IMG/VR virus record: IMGVR_UViG_3300025103_000029
Location: 1-49,185 of that record
Reading direction: 5' to 3' (one strand)
DNA from: a virus
Taxonomy: Duplodnaviria; Caudoviricetes
DNA length: 49,185 nt
The stretch's first letter is position 1, and each line of letters starts with the position of its first letter. Shown here in pieces: positions 19,701 through 29,378 of the stretch. The notes below the pieces were generated by a model. That model did no database searches, was not told the origin of the DNA, and saw only the letters and a list, made by a program, of their open reading frames with translations. A program made the position numbers and the translations under genes.

Positions 19701-21628
19701 CAAGTGGTATTGTAAGTGGTTCATCACAAATAACAATAACAGAATCTCAAATTTCTGATTTATCTCATTATACAGATGCAGATGTAAAAGAAAAATTAGA
19801 TGAAGAAGGTGTAGTAAGTGGTTCATCTCAAATTAATGTAACTGCAACTACAAACTATTCTTCTATAAATCAATATTCTGATAGTAAAGTAAAAACAAAA
19901 TTAAATATAGAGAGTGTAATTTCATCATCTGAACAAATAACAGATTTCGGATTTATTTCTTCTTCAGATTCAACAACATCATTAAATGAATTTACTTCAT
20001 CAATACAAACAGAAGTAAGTGGTTTATCTGCTCAAACATCATCCTACTTAGTAGCACTTCCTGATGATTTAGTTAGTGGTTCATCTCAAATAGATGTAAC
20101 TGCAACTACAAATTATAGTTCTATAAACCAATACTCTGATAGTAAAGTAAAAACAAAATTAAATGGAGACGGTGTAATTAGTGGTTCATCACAAATAGAT
20201 GTAACTTCAACTACAAACTATTCTTCTATAAACCAATACTCTGATAGTAAAGTAAAAGGCAAATTAGATTCAGATGGTGTAATTAGTGGTTCTTCTCAAA
20301 TAAATCACGATGCAACTACAAACTTTGTAGCAAACGAACATATTGACCACTCAACTATAACAGTTGGTAGTGGTAAAGGTTTAGATGGTGGTGGTACTAT
20401 TGATACAAATAGAAGTATATTCTTAGATACTGGTTCGGTACATTTCCAAGAGGGTGTTGAATTATATTCATCTACATTACCAAGTGGAACAGTTAGTGGT
20501 TCTTCTCAAGTAGATGTAACTGCAACTACAAACTATTCTTCTATAAATCAATATTCTGATAGTAAAGTAAAAACAAAATTAAATGCAGAAGGTGTAATTA
20601 GTGGTTCATCTCAAGTAACTATAACAGAATCTCAAATTTCTGATTTATCTCATACAGATATAAGTTCTTTAAACTCATATACATCTTCAAATGATTTAAA
20701 TATAACAAAATTATTCTCATCTTCCTCAAATCATGAAGGTAGAATTGATACTCTTGAAGGAGATACTCATGAAAATGTATTAACTTTCAATGATACCTCT
20801 ACTATTGAATTGGATAGAAGTACAGATACTATAACTGCAAATGTTATTGGAGGAATCTTTAGTGGTTCTGCTCAAGTAGCTGCAGGTGGAGATGTTAGTG
20901 GTAATGTTGATTCACTAACTGTTGAAAAAGTACAAGGTGTATCATTAACAAGTGGAGAAGCTACTCAGTTAGCAAATATCGGAACATCTACAATAACAAG
21001 TGCACAATGGGGTTACTTGGGTGGAACAGACCAACAACTATATACAGGAGCAGATGTAACGTTTAATGATATCAACGCTTCGGGTGATGTTGTTATAAAC
21101 GGTGATTTTACAGTATTGGGTTCTGCAACAGAAATTTCAACTACTGAATTATCAATTGAAGATAAACTAATTACAGTTGCAAGTGGTTCATCAACTCCAG
21201 CAGCAGCAGATGGTGCGGGTATTGAAGTAGCAGGAGCAAATGAATCAATAACTTGGAATAATGGAAATTCACGATGGGCAATTACAAATGATGTTTTTGT
21301 AAGTGGTTCTATAAAAGCAAGTGATGATATTATAGCATATGCTTCTTCAGATAAAAGATTAAAAGATGATATTCAACCTATAAAAAATCCAATAGAAAAA
21401 ATTAATTCAATTTCTGGTAATAGTTTTGTTTGGAATGAAGAAAGACAAGATATTTATAAAGGGAAAGATTATGGTGTAATTGCTCAAGAAATAGAAGAAA
21501 TACTTCCCGAATTGGTAGTTACTAAGGAAAATGGATATAAGGCGGTAAAATATGATAAATTAATATCTCTTCTTGTAGAGGGAATTAAGGAACTATCAAA
21601 AGAAATCAAAGAATTAAAAAATAAATAA
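16736..21628 (+). CDS. Long fibre protein with a C-terminal peptidase S74 intramolecular chaperone
   Basis: N-terminal LQLRKG...GELFYNTD; 21-aa coiled-coil repeats; SSDKRLKDDI..I.NP.EKI...GVIAQEIE..LPELV from about 21347. Confidence 0.85.
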   Translation: MAAILQLRKGTDADLSSIGNLSSGELFYNTDKEVIQIGTGNSNVTLSRLGINTGSIEFTGDITLGGNIILGDEIQDNITVSGQFDSDLIPSASATYDLGSDSKKWSEIHAETGYFGNGIVSSSAQIIAEFPDGLISGSSQVTITESQISDLSHYSDSNVKTKLNVEGVISGSSQITITESQISDLSHTDISSLNTYTSSNDTTNTTQNTRLDQLSTETGSISTEQSAQDSRLDQLSTETGSISTEQATQNTRLDQFATETGSISNEQAAQDTRLDQLSTETGSISSEQATQNSRLDSIEAVSGSYLTTSGSVDYTDITSKPTLVSGSSQITYGDVSSIPSNIISASTDSSTVNFTITNGNITADLKGGVISGSSQVTITESQISDLSHTDISSLNSYTSSNDINITNIHSTTSSFESRLDLLSDVSHSHANKSTLDNINQELTTTSDVTFNTASFTGDVIITGDFTVLGSATEISSTELRIEDKLITVASGSADSAAADGAGLEIDGAGKSIKWDHNTTSFVLDAKVSSSVGFKGEGGELTGIDTDQVTEGSNLYYTDDRVKIKLDNDGVVSGSSQVVELLDSLNTYTSSNDTTNLIQDSRLDQLSTETGSISSEQAAQDVRLNQLSTETGSIATEQSIQDSRLDQFATETGSISSEQLIQDSRLNQLSTETGSIETEQAAQDTRLDQLSTETGSISSEQLIQDTRLDQFATETGSISTEQTTQNTRLDQFATETGSISSEQLIQDSRLNQLSSETGSISTEQTIQNSRLDQLSSETGSYLTTVDISTDTNLGVLDTDNVDLILDGDTLSANLKGGVVSGSSFVSNQQGSITASINGTATNIDLGLNTNDSPSFSSLSLNGLVTSSDSVLTALFVDSNEIKFNSLGTAALLHYSNSIDDGNSEVIGTAQAVKNYIDGAIIEAGAGDITEVNAGLGLDGGALTGSATVGLDTGSSHFQEGVEKYTSSTEIPSGTVSGSSQVSYVGLSNIPSGIVSGSSQITITESQISDLSHYTDADVKEKLDEEGVVSGSSQINVTATTNYSSINQYSDSKVKTKLNIESVISSSEQITDFGFISSSDSTTSLNEFTSSIQTEVSGLSAQTSSYLVALPDDLVSGSSQIDVTATTNYSSINQYSDSKVKTKLNGDGVISGSSQIDVTSTTNYSSINQYSDSKVKGKLDSDGVISGSSQINHDATTNFVANEHIDHSTITVGSGKGLDGGGTIDTNRSIFLDTGSVHFQEGVELYSSTLPSGTVSGSSQVDVTATTNYSSINQYSDSKVKTKLNAEGVISGSSQVTITESQISDLSHTDISSLNSYTSSNDLNITKLFSSSSNHEGRIDTLEGDTHENVLTFNDTSTIELDRSTDTITANVIGGIFSGSAQVAAGGDVSGNVDSLTVEKVQGVSLTSGEATQLANIGTSTITSAQWGYLGGTDQQLYTGADVTFNDINASGDVVINGDFTVLGSATEISTTELSIEDKLITVASGSSTPAAADGAGIEVAGANESITWNNGNSRWAITNDVFVSGSIKASDDIIAYASSDKRLKDDIQPIKNPIEKINSISGNSFVWNEERQDIYKGKDYGVIAQEIEEILPELVVTKENGYKAVKYDKLISLLVEGIKELSKEIKELKNK
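17354..17648 (+). repeat. 63-nt (21-aa) coding tandem repeat, 4 full copies plus 1 partial
   Basis: Unit Q(D/N)(T/S)RLDQ(L/F)(S/A)TETGSIS.EQ.. Confidence 0.9.
18527..19073 (+). repeat. 63-nt (21-aa) coding tandem repeat, 8 full copies plus 1 partial
   Basis: Same unit as 17354-17648. Confidence 0.9.
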
Positions 21629-21642
21629 GGAACATAACAAAC

Positions 21643-22296
21643 ATGGCACAAATTATTAGATTAAAAAGAAGTAACACCGCTAATAGTAAACCAACTACAA
21701 GTGAGTTGGCTATTGGTGAATTAGCAATCAATGTAGATGATGGAAAAGTATTTCTTAGAAAGTCTGGTTCTAATTCTGGTGTTGATGTAATTAAAGAGTT
21801 TGTTACTCTTGACCATGAAGGAGTACTAACAGGTTCTTTCAGTACCGTGGGTACAATTTCAGCATCAGCTTTTCAAGGTGATGGTTCTCAATTAACAAAT
21901 ATTTCTGTATCTCAAAATGCAACTGTAAAACAATCTTTTACAAATTCTGATACTTGGAGTGTAGAACATAATTTAGATACACCAAATGCAATTGTACAAA
22001 TATATGATTCAAGTGATTTTCAAATAATACCATCAACATTACAAATAATTGATAATGATAATGTAAGAGCAACATTCTCAACTAACCAAAGTGGTTATGC
22101 TGTTGTTGCACGAGGTGGACAAATTGTAAGTGGTTCAATAGAAGCAGATAATATTAGTGGACTTGATGATAAAGTTCTAGAAGAAATAAACCAAGCTGGG
22201 GTATTTAGTGGTTCAGCACAAATAACTTTATCGGGTGATGTTACAGGAACAGGAAATGCAACTGTTATATCAACAGTTGATGGAGAAACATTTTAA
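21643..22296 (+). CDS. Short fibre/connector protein
   Basis: MAQIIRLKRS..KPT..L..GELAIN..DGK N-terminus, one HNL..P..VQ.YD domain, C-terminal VDGETF. Confidence 0.7.
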   Translation: MAQIIRLKRSNTANSKPTTSELAIGELAINVDDGKVFLRKSGSNSGVDVIKEFVTLDHEGVLTGSFSTVGTISASAFQGDGSQLTNISVSQNATVKQSFTNSDTWSVEHNLDTPNAIVQIYDSSDFQIIPSTLQIIDNDNVRATFSTNQSGYAVVARGGQIVSGSIEADNISGLDDKVLEEINQAGVFSGSAQITLSGDVTGTGNATVISTVDGETF

Positions 22297-22316
22297 TATA
22301 AAAATAATATAGTTAG

Positions 22317-22324
22317 TATTTATA
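22317..22324 (+). promoter_or_regulatory. Putative late promoter TATTTATA
   Basis: Recurring motif. Confidence 0.55.
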
Positions 22325-22346
22325 AAAATAATAAGGAAAAAACAAA

Positions 22347-25300
22347 ATGATAATACACAATCCCAAAATTTCAGGTTCATTACAATTCCCATCGGATGAG
22401 AATGGTAATTTAATAACCTTACAAGTACAGAATGGTACTCTTGAAACCAAAACCTTAAACTCAAGTGGAGTTGACCAAGGAATACAACCAGCTGTTAATT
22501 ACTCTGGTTCATTTACAGGTTCATTTGTTGGAGATGGTTCAAGTTTAACTGGTGTAGCAGCAAGTGGTTTTAACATCGATATTTTAGATGCCGTTGGTGG
22601 AGCTTCAATCGAACAATCTGATACATTCCTTATTAGTGATGCTGGAACTGAAAAGAAAATAACTTTCTCAAATATAGAAGATTCAATATTTGCAAATGTA
22701 AGTGGAGATATTAGTATTGCAGCTGGGGGTGCTGTAACTCTTGGTAAAGATGGAGTAATATCTGGTTCAGCTCAGATATCAGCATTAGGATACTCTACTA
22801 CTGATAACGAACTAACTACCGAGGAAGTACAAGATATAGCTGGTGGAATGGTAAGTGGTAATACTCAAACAGGAATTACAGTAACTTATCAAGATGGTGA
22901 TGGAACAATTGATTTTGTGGTTGCATCTCAAACAGATGAAAACTTTACAACTGCTGACCACTCTAAATTAGATGGTATCGAAGCAAGTGCAGATGTAACA
23001 GATGCAACAAACGTTACTGCAGCTGGAGCCTTAATGGATTCAGAAGTAACTGATTTGGCAGGTATCAAAGGTGTAACAATTTCTACTCTACAAGTAAAAC
23101 CATCGGAAGGTGCTTTTGCAGATGGAGATAAAACAAAACTAGATGCTATCGAGGCTAGTGCAGATGTAACAGATGCGGCAAACGTATTATCATCACTACC
23201 AAGTGGTGTAATATCTGGTTCAGCTCAAGTATCTATTGATTCATCTCAAATTAGTGATGTTGCAGCATTCTCACAAAGTGGAACATATGCAAACTTAAGA
23301 GCACAATCAACAACTGCAGGAGATGTTGGTTTAGGTAATGTAACAAATGAGAGTAAAGGAACAATGTTTACTTCTCCAACATTTACAGGAACACCAATAT
23401 CAACAACACCTTCGGCAAACGATGATTCAACAAAAATAGCAACAACTGCTTATGTACAACAAGAACTTACAGATTTAATAGGTACTGCCGATTCAACAGT
23501 AGATACACTTGGAGAACTATCAGCTTCATTAGCTGCAGATTCTGGTTCACTAAACTCTTTAGTAACAACTGTTGGTACTAAATTAGCAAAAGCAAGTAAC
23601 TTATCTGATTTAGCAGATGCATCAACTGCAAGAACTAACTTAGGAGTTGCAATTGGTTCAGATGTACAAGCATTTAATTCAACATTGGCAACTGTTGCTG
23701 GTGGAACATATGCTGGTGATAATTCAATAGTAACAGTAGGTACGGTAACCGCAGGTGATGTACAAGCAATATTACCAAGTGGTGTAGTATCTGGTTCAGC
23801 TCAAGTACAAGCATTGGGTGGTGTTAATGATAATACAATTACATTTACTGCAGGTGCAGGATTAGATGGTGGTGGTGCAATAACACTTAACCAAAGTTCA
23901 GATGAAACAGTAACATTTACAGTAGCTGATGGTGTAGTAAGTGGTTCATCACAAATTAGTGGAATAACTAATACTCAATTAGCTGGTTCAATAGCTAATT
24001 CAAAATTATCAAACTCAAGTATAACAATTGATGGTTCGGCTATCTCACTAGGTGGTTCAGTAACAACTTTACAATTAGGTTCAACTTCATCAACTGCACT
24101 TGCAGGTGATACTACAACAATTAGTGGAGCTCAAGCATCGGCAATTAGTGCCAACACAAGTAAAGTTGGATTTACAGAAGCATTAGTAAAAGATAAAATG
24201 AATGATGATACTGTATCAAGTGGTTCAGCTTCAGATATAAAATCATTCTTATCCATATCTTCATCAGATATTTCTGATGTTGCAGCGTTCTCACAAAGTG
24301 GAACATATGGAAGTTTAAGAGCACAAGGAACTACAAAAGGTGATGTTGGTTTAGGTAATGTAACAAATGAATCAAAAGCAACTATGTTTACTGATGCTGC
24401 ATTGACAGGTAATTCAACATCAGAAACACCGAGTTCAAATGATGATTCAACAAAAATAGCAACAACTGCTTATGTACAACAAGAACTTACTGATTTAGTA
24501 GGTACTGCTGGTTCAACATTAGATACTCTTGGTGAACTATCTGCTTCTTTAGCATCAGACCAATCAGGTTTGGCATCACTAACAACAACTGTTGGTACTA
24601 AATTAGCAAAAGCAAGTAACTTATCTGATTTATCAAATGCTTCAACTGCTAGAACTAACTTAGGTGTAGATGCAGCTGGAACTGATAATTCAACAGATGT
24701 AACTTTAGCTGGTAATGATTACTTAACTATAAGTGGACAAGAAATTACTGCAGGTGCTATAAACAATGATGATTTAACAAATTCATCAATTACTATAAAT
24801 GGTGTAGCTATCTCATTAGGTGGTTCAGTAACAACTCCAAATGATAACACTCAATTATCAACAGAAGCAGTTCAAGATATAGTAGGTGGAATGTTAGGTG
24901 GTACTGAAACAGGAATTACAGTAACGTATCAAGATGGTACTGGTGATATTGATTTCGTAGTATCATCTCAAACAGATGAAAACTTTACAACTGCTGACCA
25001 CTCTAAATTAGATGGTATTGAAGCAGGTGCAGATATAACTGATAGTGGAAATGTTGTACCTATCTTAAATGCAAATACAGTAATATCTGGTTCAGCTCAA
25101 ATTGCAGCATTAGGATATTCTACTACTGATAATGAATTAACTACTGAAGAAGTTCAAGATATCGTAGGTGGAATGGTAAGTGGTAATACCGAAAGTGGTA
25201 TTAGTGTTACTTATGATGATGCTGGAAATTCATTAGATTTCTCAGTTACATCACAAACTGATAATAACTTCACTACTACTTTAAAAAATAAATTAGATGG

Positions 25301-26966
25301 TATTGAAACAAGTGCAGATGTTACTGATACAACAAACGTAACTTCTGCTGGAGCATTAATGGATTCAGAACTAACATCTATCACAGATGTTAAAGCATTA
25401 GACCAATCAGTTGTTAGTGGAGCATCACCAACATTTGGAACTGATAACTTTACAGATGCTACAAATAAAAGGTTAATGACTGATGCTCAAGAAACTAAAT
25501 TAGACTCAGTTGAATCATCAGCAGATGTAACAGATACGACTAACGTAACTGCTGCTGGAGCATTGATGGATTCTGAATTAACATCTATTGCAGATGTTAA
25601 GGCATTAGACCAATCAGTTGTTAGTGGAGCAACACCAACATTTGGAACTGATAACTTTACAGATGCATCTAATAAAAGATTCATGACAGATGCTCAAGAA
25701 ACTAAATTAGATAATATTGAGAGTAATGCAACTGCTGACCAATCTGCATCTGAAATAAGAACTTTATTAGGAACTGGTAATAGTGGTATAGTACCAGCGG
25801 CTGGTTCAAGTGGAGAATTCTTAAAACACGATGGAACATTCGGTACACCATCTTATACTACGAATACAAACACCCAAAACACCGCAGCTGAAATAAGAAC
25901 TAAAATCGGAACTGGTAATAATGGTGTTGTACCTGCAGCGGGTACAAGTGGACATTTCTTAAAACACGATGGAACATTTGGATTACCTTCATATACAACA
26001 AATACAGATACTCAATTAACTACTGAAGAAGTTCAAGATATAGTAGGTGGAATGTTTAGTGGTAATAGTGAAACAAGAATTTCAGTAACCTATCAAGATA
26101 GTGATGGAACTATTGATTTATCTGTTAATGATATGACAGCTAATGATAATGATGATGTATCTGTTGCAAATCTTAAAACTAGATTAGCTGGTGGATTCGG
26201 TTCAAATGCAGTACAGATTGGTGATGCAGATGATACTGTAACTATTCCTGGTAACTTAACAGTACAAGGTACTCAAACTATCAACAATGTAACATTGATT
26301 GAAACTTCTAATGGAGTAGTATTTGAAGGAACAACTGCTGATGCATATGAAACAACATTAGTTGCTTCAGACCCATCTGCAGATAGAACAATAACTTTAC
26401 CAAATTCAACTGGTACAGTAGCTCTTACATCTCAAATACCAACAAGTAACTCTTCATTAACAAATGGTGAAGGATATATTTCATCATTTGATATTACAGA
26501 ACAAACAGATAGTAAATATCTAAGAAGTAATGCTAATGATACTGCAACTGGTATTATATCAATTACAAACTCAACTGCATCAACATCCAAAACGACTGGA
26601 GCACTTAAAGTAACTGGTGGTGTTGGTATTAGTGGAGCATTGAATGTTGGTGGTGATGTTGTAGCATACGCTTCTTCGGATGAAAGATTAAAAGATAATA
26701 TAGAACTTATCTCTAACCCAATTGAAAAAGTACAATCTTTAAAAGGTGTAACATGGAATTGGAATGATAATGCAGATGAATTACAACAATCATTACCAAA
26801 TGTTGGTGTAATTGCACAAGATGTTGAGAAAGTTCTACCACAGTTGGTAACTGATAGAGATAATGGATTCAAGGGTGTAGATTACGCTAAACTTACAGGA
26901 TTACTTATCGAAGCTATTAAAGACCAACAAAAACAAATTGATGAATTGAAGAGTAAACTATCTTAA
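22347..26966 (+). CDS. Long fibre protein with a C-terminal peptidase S74 chaperone
   Basis: Fibre motifs (DVGLGNVTN, TKIATTAYV, LDTL.EL, ARTNLG, KLDGIE..ADVTD); SSDERLKDNI from about 26673. Confidence 0.85.
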   Translation: MIIHNPKISGSLQFPSDENGNLITLQVQNGTLETKTLNSSGVDQGIQPAVNYSGSFTGSFVGDGSSLTGVAASGFNIDILDAVGGASIEQSDTFLISDAGTEKKITFSNIEDSIFANVSGDISIAAGGAVTLGKDGVISGSAQISALGYSTTDNELTTEEVQDIAGGMVSGNTQTGITVTYQDGDGTIDFVVASQTDENFTTADHSKLDGIEASADVTDATNVTAAGALMDSEVTDLAGIKGVTISTLQVKPSEGAFADGDKTKLDAIEASADVTDAANVLSSLPSGVISGSAQVSIDSSQISDVAAFSQSGTYANLRAQSTTAGDVGLGNVTNESKGTMFTSPTFTGTPISTTPSANDDSTKIATTAYVQQELTDLIGTADSTVDTLGELSASLAADSGSLNSLVTTVGTKLAKASNLSDLADASTARTNLGVAIGSDVQAFNSTLATVAGGTYAGDNSIVTVGTVTAGDVQAILPSGVVSGSAQVQALGGVNDNTITFTAGAGLDGGGAITLNQSSDETVTFTVADGVVSGSSQISGITNTQLAGSIANSKLSNSSITIDGSAISLGGSVTTLQLGSTSSTALAGDTTTISGAQASAISANTSKVGFTEALVKDKMNDDTVSSGSASDIKSFLSISSSDISDVAAFSQSGTYGSLRAQGTTKGDVGLGNVTNESKATMFTDAALTGNSTSETPSSNDDSTKIATTAYVQQELTDLVGTAGSTLDTLGELSASLASDQSGLASLTTTVGTKLAKASNLSDLSNASTARTNLGVDAAGTDNSTDVTLAGNDYLTISGQEITAGAINNDDLTNSSITINGVAISLGGSVTTPNDNTQLSTEAVQDIVGGMLGGTETGITVTYQDGTGDIDFVVSSQTDENFTTADHSKLDGIEAGADITDSGNVVPILNANTVISGSAQIAALGYSTTDNELTTEEVQDIVGGMVSGNTESGISVTYDDAGNSLDFSVTSQTDNNFTTTLKNKLDGIETSADVTDTTNVTSAGALMDSELTSITDVKALDQSVVSGASPTFGTDNFTDATNKRLMTDAQETKLDSVESSADVTDTTNVTAAGALMDSELTSIADVKALDQSVVSGATPTFGTDNFTDASNKRFMTDAQETKLDNIESNATADQSASEIRTLLGTGNSGIVPAAGSSGEFLKHDGTFGTPSYTTNTNTQNTAAEIRTKIGTGNNGVVPAAGTSGHFLKHDGTFGLPSYTTNTDTQLTTEEVQDIVGGMFSGNSETRISVTYQDSDGTIDLSVNDMTANDNDDVSVANLKTRLAGGFGSNAVQIGDADDTVTIPGNLTVQGTQTINNVTLIETSNGVVFEGTTADAYETTLVASDPSADRTITLPNSTGTVALTSQIPTSNSSLTNGEGYISSFDITEQTDSKYLRSNANDTATGIISITNSTASTSKTTGALKVTGGVGISGALNVGGDVVAYASSDERLKDNIELISNPIEKVQSLKGVTWNWNDNADELQQSLPNVGVIAQDVEKVLPQLVTDRDNGFKGVDYAKLTGLLIEAIKDQQKQIDELKSKLS
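23240..26020 (+). repeat. Nested coding repeats within the fibre gene
   Basis: A ~400-nt block at about 23240-23650 and 24260-24670; tandem 66-aa units at about 25310-25710; tandem EIRT..GTGN.G.VPAAG..G.FLKHDGTFG units at about 25745-26015. Confidence 0.8.
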
Positions 26967-27085
26967 ATAAGAAAGTTCACTTAACAATTTAAATTTTAAA
27001 AAGTTAAATAGTATATATATATCTTTATATAAAGGTAATATATTATTTAGGGTAGATAATTATATAAAAAAGGTAAGTCATATAT

Positions 27086-28363
27086 ATGGCACAATTAGTT
27101 AAGCTAAAAAGAACGTCAGTTGCTGGTAGAAAACCTACCACATCAAACTTGGAACTTGGAGAATTAGCGATTAATACTTACGATGGTAAGATATTTTTCG
27201 AAAAAGATTCAGGAACACCTTCCATACGAGAAATAGCCACAGAAGATACTTACCACTTTTACACAACTTCATTAGATTCAAGATATGTTAACCTCACAGG
27301 TGATGAAACCATTGCAGGTAACAAAACATTTTCAAACAACATAACGATTGCAGGAAACCTCTCAGTAGAGGGAACTACAACTACAATTGATTCAACTACT
27401 CTTAATATTGGAGATAATACGTTAGAACTTAACTATGGTGGTTCTCAAACAACAGGAGGTATCTTAATAAAAGATGCAACTGGTGGTTCAACTGTAAGTG
27501 GTTCATTATTATGGGATTCTTCAAATGATTTTTGGAAAGCAGGAAAATTAGGTTCTGAATCAGAAGTAATTACTACATCTAATATAGTAACAAACTTACC
27601 AAGTGGAACTGTTAGTGGTTCTTCACAAATATCACTTAGTGGATTTAATACTTCACAATTATCCGAAAATACAAACCTTTATTATACAGATGCAAGAGTA
27701 AAAACTAAATTAAATACTGAATTAGTACTAAGTGGTAGTAATTTAGAAGGAATGACCGTAAGTGGTTCATTTAGTGGTTCTTTCCAAGGTGATGGTAGTA
27801 GTTTAACAGGATTATCAGTAGACCAAGTTGCAACAGTAACAGATACTTTTACAAATGCATCTTCTAAAGTAGTAACTCACAACTTTGGTACTAAAAATGT
27901 AATTGTAACTGTATATGATGAAAATGATGGTTATTTTATACCAAATTCAATTGTAACAACAAATACTAATCAAGTAACCGTAACATTTGCATCAACTGAA
28001 AGTGGTAGAATAGTAGTTGCAAAGGGTGGTCATGTTGTACAAGGAGTTTCTTCCGATTCAAATCTATTAGATGGTGAAGATGGAACTTATTACTTAGATT
28101 ATGGTAATTTTACAAGTGTTCCGAGTGGAATAGTTAGTGGTTCATCCCAAATTACAGATTTAACTACTCACAAAGAAACAGTTAGTGGAGCATCTTCATA
28201 TGCAGTAGACCACAACTTAAACGAACAATATCCAATAGTACAATGTTGGAATACTTCAACTTCACAACAAGAACAAGCAGAATCAGTAACAACAAATTCA
28301 GTAAATAGAGTAACTGTAACTTTTGCTGGTAATTTTGCAGGTTTAATCATTGTAAAAAAATAA
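27086..28363 (+). CDS. Fibre/connector protein
   Basis: MAQLVKLKRT..KPT..L.LGELAIN..DGK N-terminus; two HN(F/L) domains; shares the GNL.VEGTTTTIDSTT module with 13738-16575. Confidence 0.7.
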   Translation: MAQLVKLKRTSVAGRKPTTSNLELGELAINTYDGKIFFEKDSGTPSIREIATEDTYHFYTTSLDSRYVNLTGDETIAGNKTFSNNITIAGNLSVEGTTTTIDSTTLNIGDNTLELNYGGSQTTGGILIKDATGGSTVSGSLLWDSSNDFWKAGKLGSESEVITTSNIVTNLPSGTVSGSSQISLSGFNTSQLSENTNLYYTDARVKTKLNTELVLSGSNLEGMTVSGSFSGSFQGDGSSLTGLSVDQVATVTDTFTNASSKVVTHNFGTKNVIVTVYDENDGYFIPNSIVTTNTNQVTVTFASTESGRIVVAKGGHVVQGVSSDSNLLDGEDGTYYLDYGNFTSVPSGIVSGSSQITDLTTHKETVSGASSYAVDHNLNEQYPIVQCWNTSTSQQEQAESVTTNSVNRVTVTFAGNFAGLIIVKK

Positions 28364-28367
28364 ATTT

Positions 28368-29366
28368 ATGGTATATGATGTGTATTATACTACTGGTGGT
28401 GGTCCTTGGGTAAATGCTGGTACTGATACTTGGGTAAATCTATGGATGGAACTTATTGCTCCTAAATTAGATGTAAAACCTATTCTTTTAATTCATAGAA
28501 ACAAACCAAAAGGAAGTGAAGATTATGAATTTCCAATAGAAGCTCATTGGCATGGTGATAATATTGAAAAGTTTGAAGAATTATGTAAAGGAGCAAGGAG
28601 AATCAATATATTACATGGGCATTATACACCAACAAAACCGATAATCGATAATAGTGATAAAATACATTCAAATGTTTTACACAATTCAGTAGACCATATA
28701 TTAAAATCTCAAATGGGTGGTGATGTTATGTTAAGTTGGCATCCTTATTTAGATTCGAGTTGGGAAACACAGGTAAATGATTGGTCAAAAAATTCAATAT
28801 GGGTTGGTTTGTTTGAAATATTGTTTGAAAACAAGAATATACCTAACTTTTATGAATTTAAACAAAATTTACCATTAAATGATTCTAATACACTTGGTTT
28901 TGCTGCAAGATGTGAAGGAAGAAAGAATCCATATTACTTAGATGGTTTAAAATCTTATATATTTACAAACACAACAGAATTTAATATAGTTTGGAAACAA
29001 GGAACTAAACTAGATACCTCTAAATCTAAAATATATCATTATAATTCTAAATTTAAAGATACGTTCTATAATATGGATTGGGGAATATCTCACTCTTGTT
29101 TTACTAGTGAACCTTTTGGATATTCTATATTTGAAGCAGTAGATTATGGTAAACTACCCATATTACACACATCTTGGTGTAAAGATTTAGAATATCCTTA
29201 CAGAGCTTCATCTAAAAAAGAATTTAATCATATTTATAAGAGGTTATCTAAAACCTCATATTCAGAAAAAAATAAATGGTTTAATTTGTTAAAAAAATTC
29301 ATGATTAATAATTATACTAATAAGAATAGATGGGTAAACGATTTACTTAATATTTATAATATATAG
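28368..29366 (+). CDS. GT-B fold glycosyltransferase (GT4-like)
   Basis: N-terminal Gly-rich TTGGG..AG; FAAR...RKNP; EPFGYSIFEA (EX7E)...GKLPI. Confidence 0.75.
   Translation: MVYDVYYTTGGGPWVNAGTDTWVNLWMELIAPKLDVKPILLIHRNKPKGSEDYEFPIEAHWHGDNIEKFEELCKGARRINILHGHYTPTKPIIDNSDKIHSNVLHNSVDHILKSQMGGDVMLSWHPYLDSSWETQVNDWSKNSIWVGLFEILFENKNIPNFYEFKQNLPLNDSNTLGFAARCEGRKNPYYLDGLKSYIFTNTTEFNIVWKQGTKLDTSKSKIYHYNSKFKDTFYNMDWGISHSCFTSEPFGYSIFEAVDYGKLPILHTSWCKDLEYPYRASSKKEFNHIYKRLSKTSYSEKNKWFNLLKKFMINNYTNKNRWVNDLLNIYNI
29350..29358 (+). promoter_or_regulatory. Putative late promoter ATATTTATA within the 3' end of the glycosyltransferase gene
   Basis: Recurring motif, followed by AGGAG and ATG. Confidence 0.55.
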
Positions 29367-29378
29367 GAGAAAAGAATT

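Noticed and set aside
6878-26966. Ice-nucleation protein repeats
   Set aside because: The Ser/Thr/Gly-rich repeats lack the AGYGST octapeptide periodicity.
13738-28363. Diversity-generating retroelement acting on the fibres
   Set aside because: No reverse transcriptase in the window; the duplicated segments are all coding and show no evident adenine-specific mismatch pattern.
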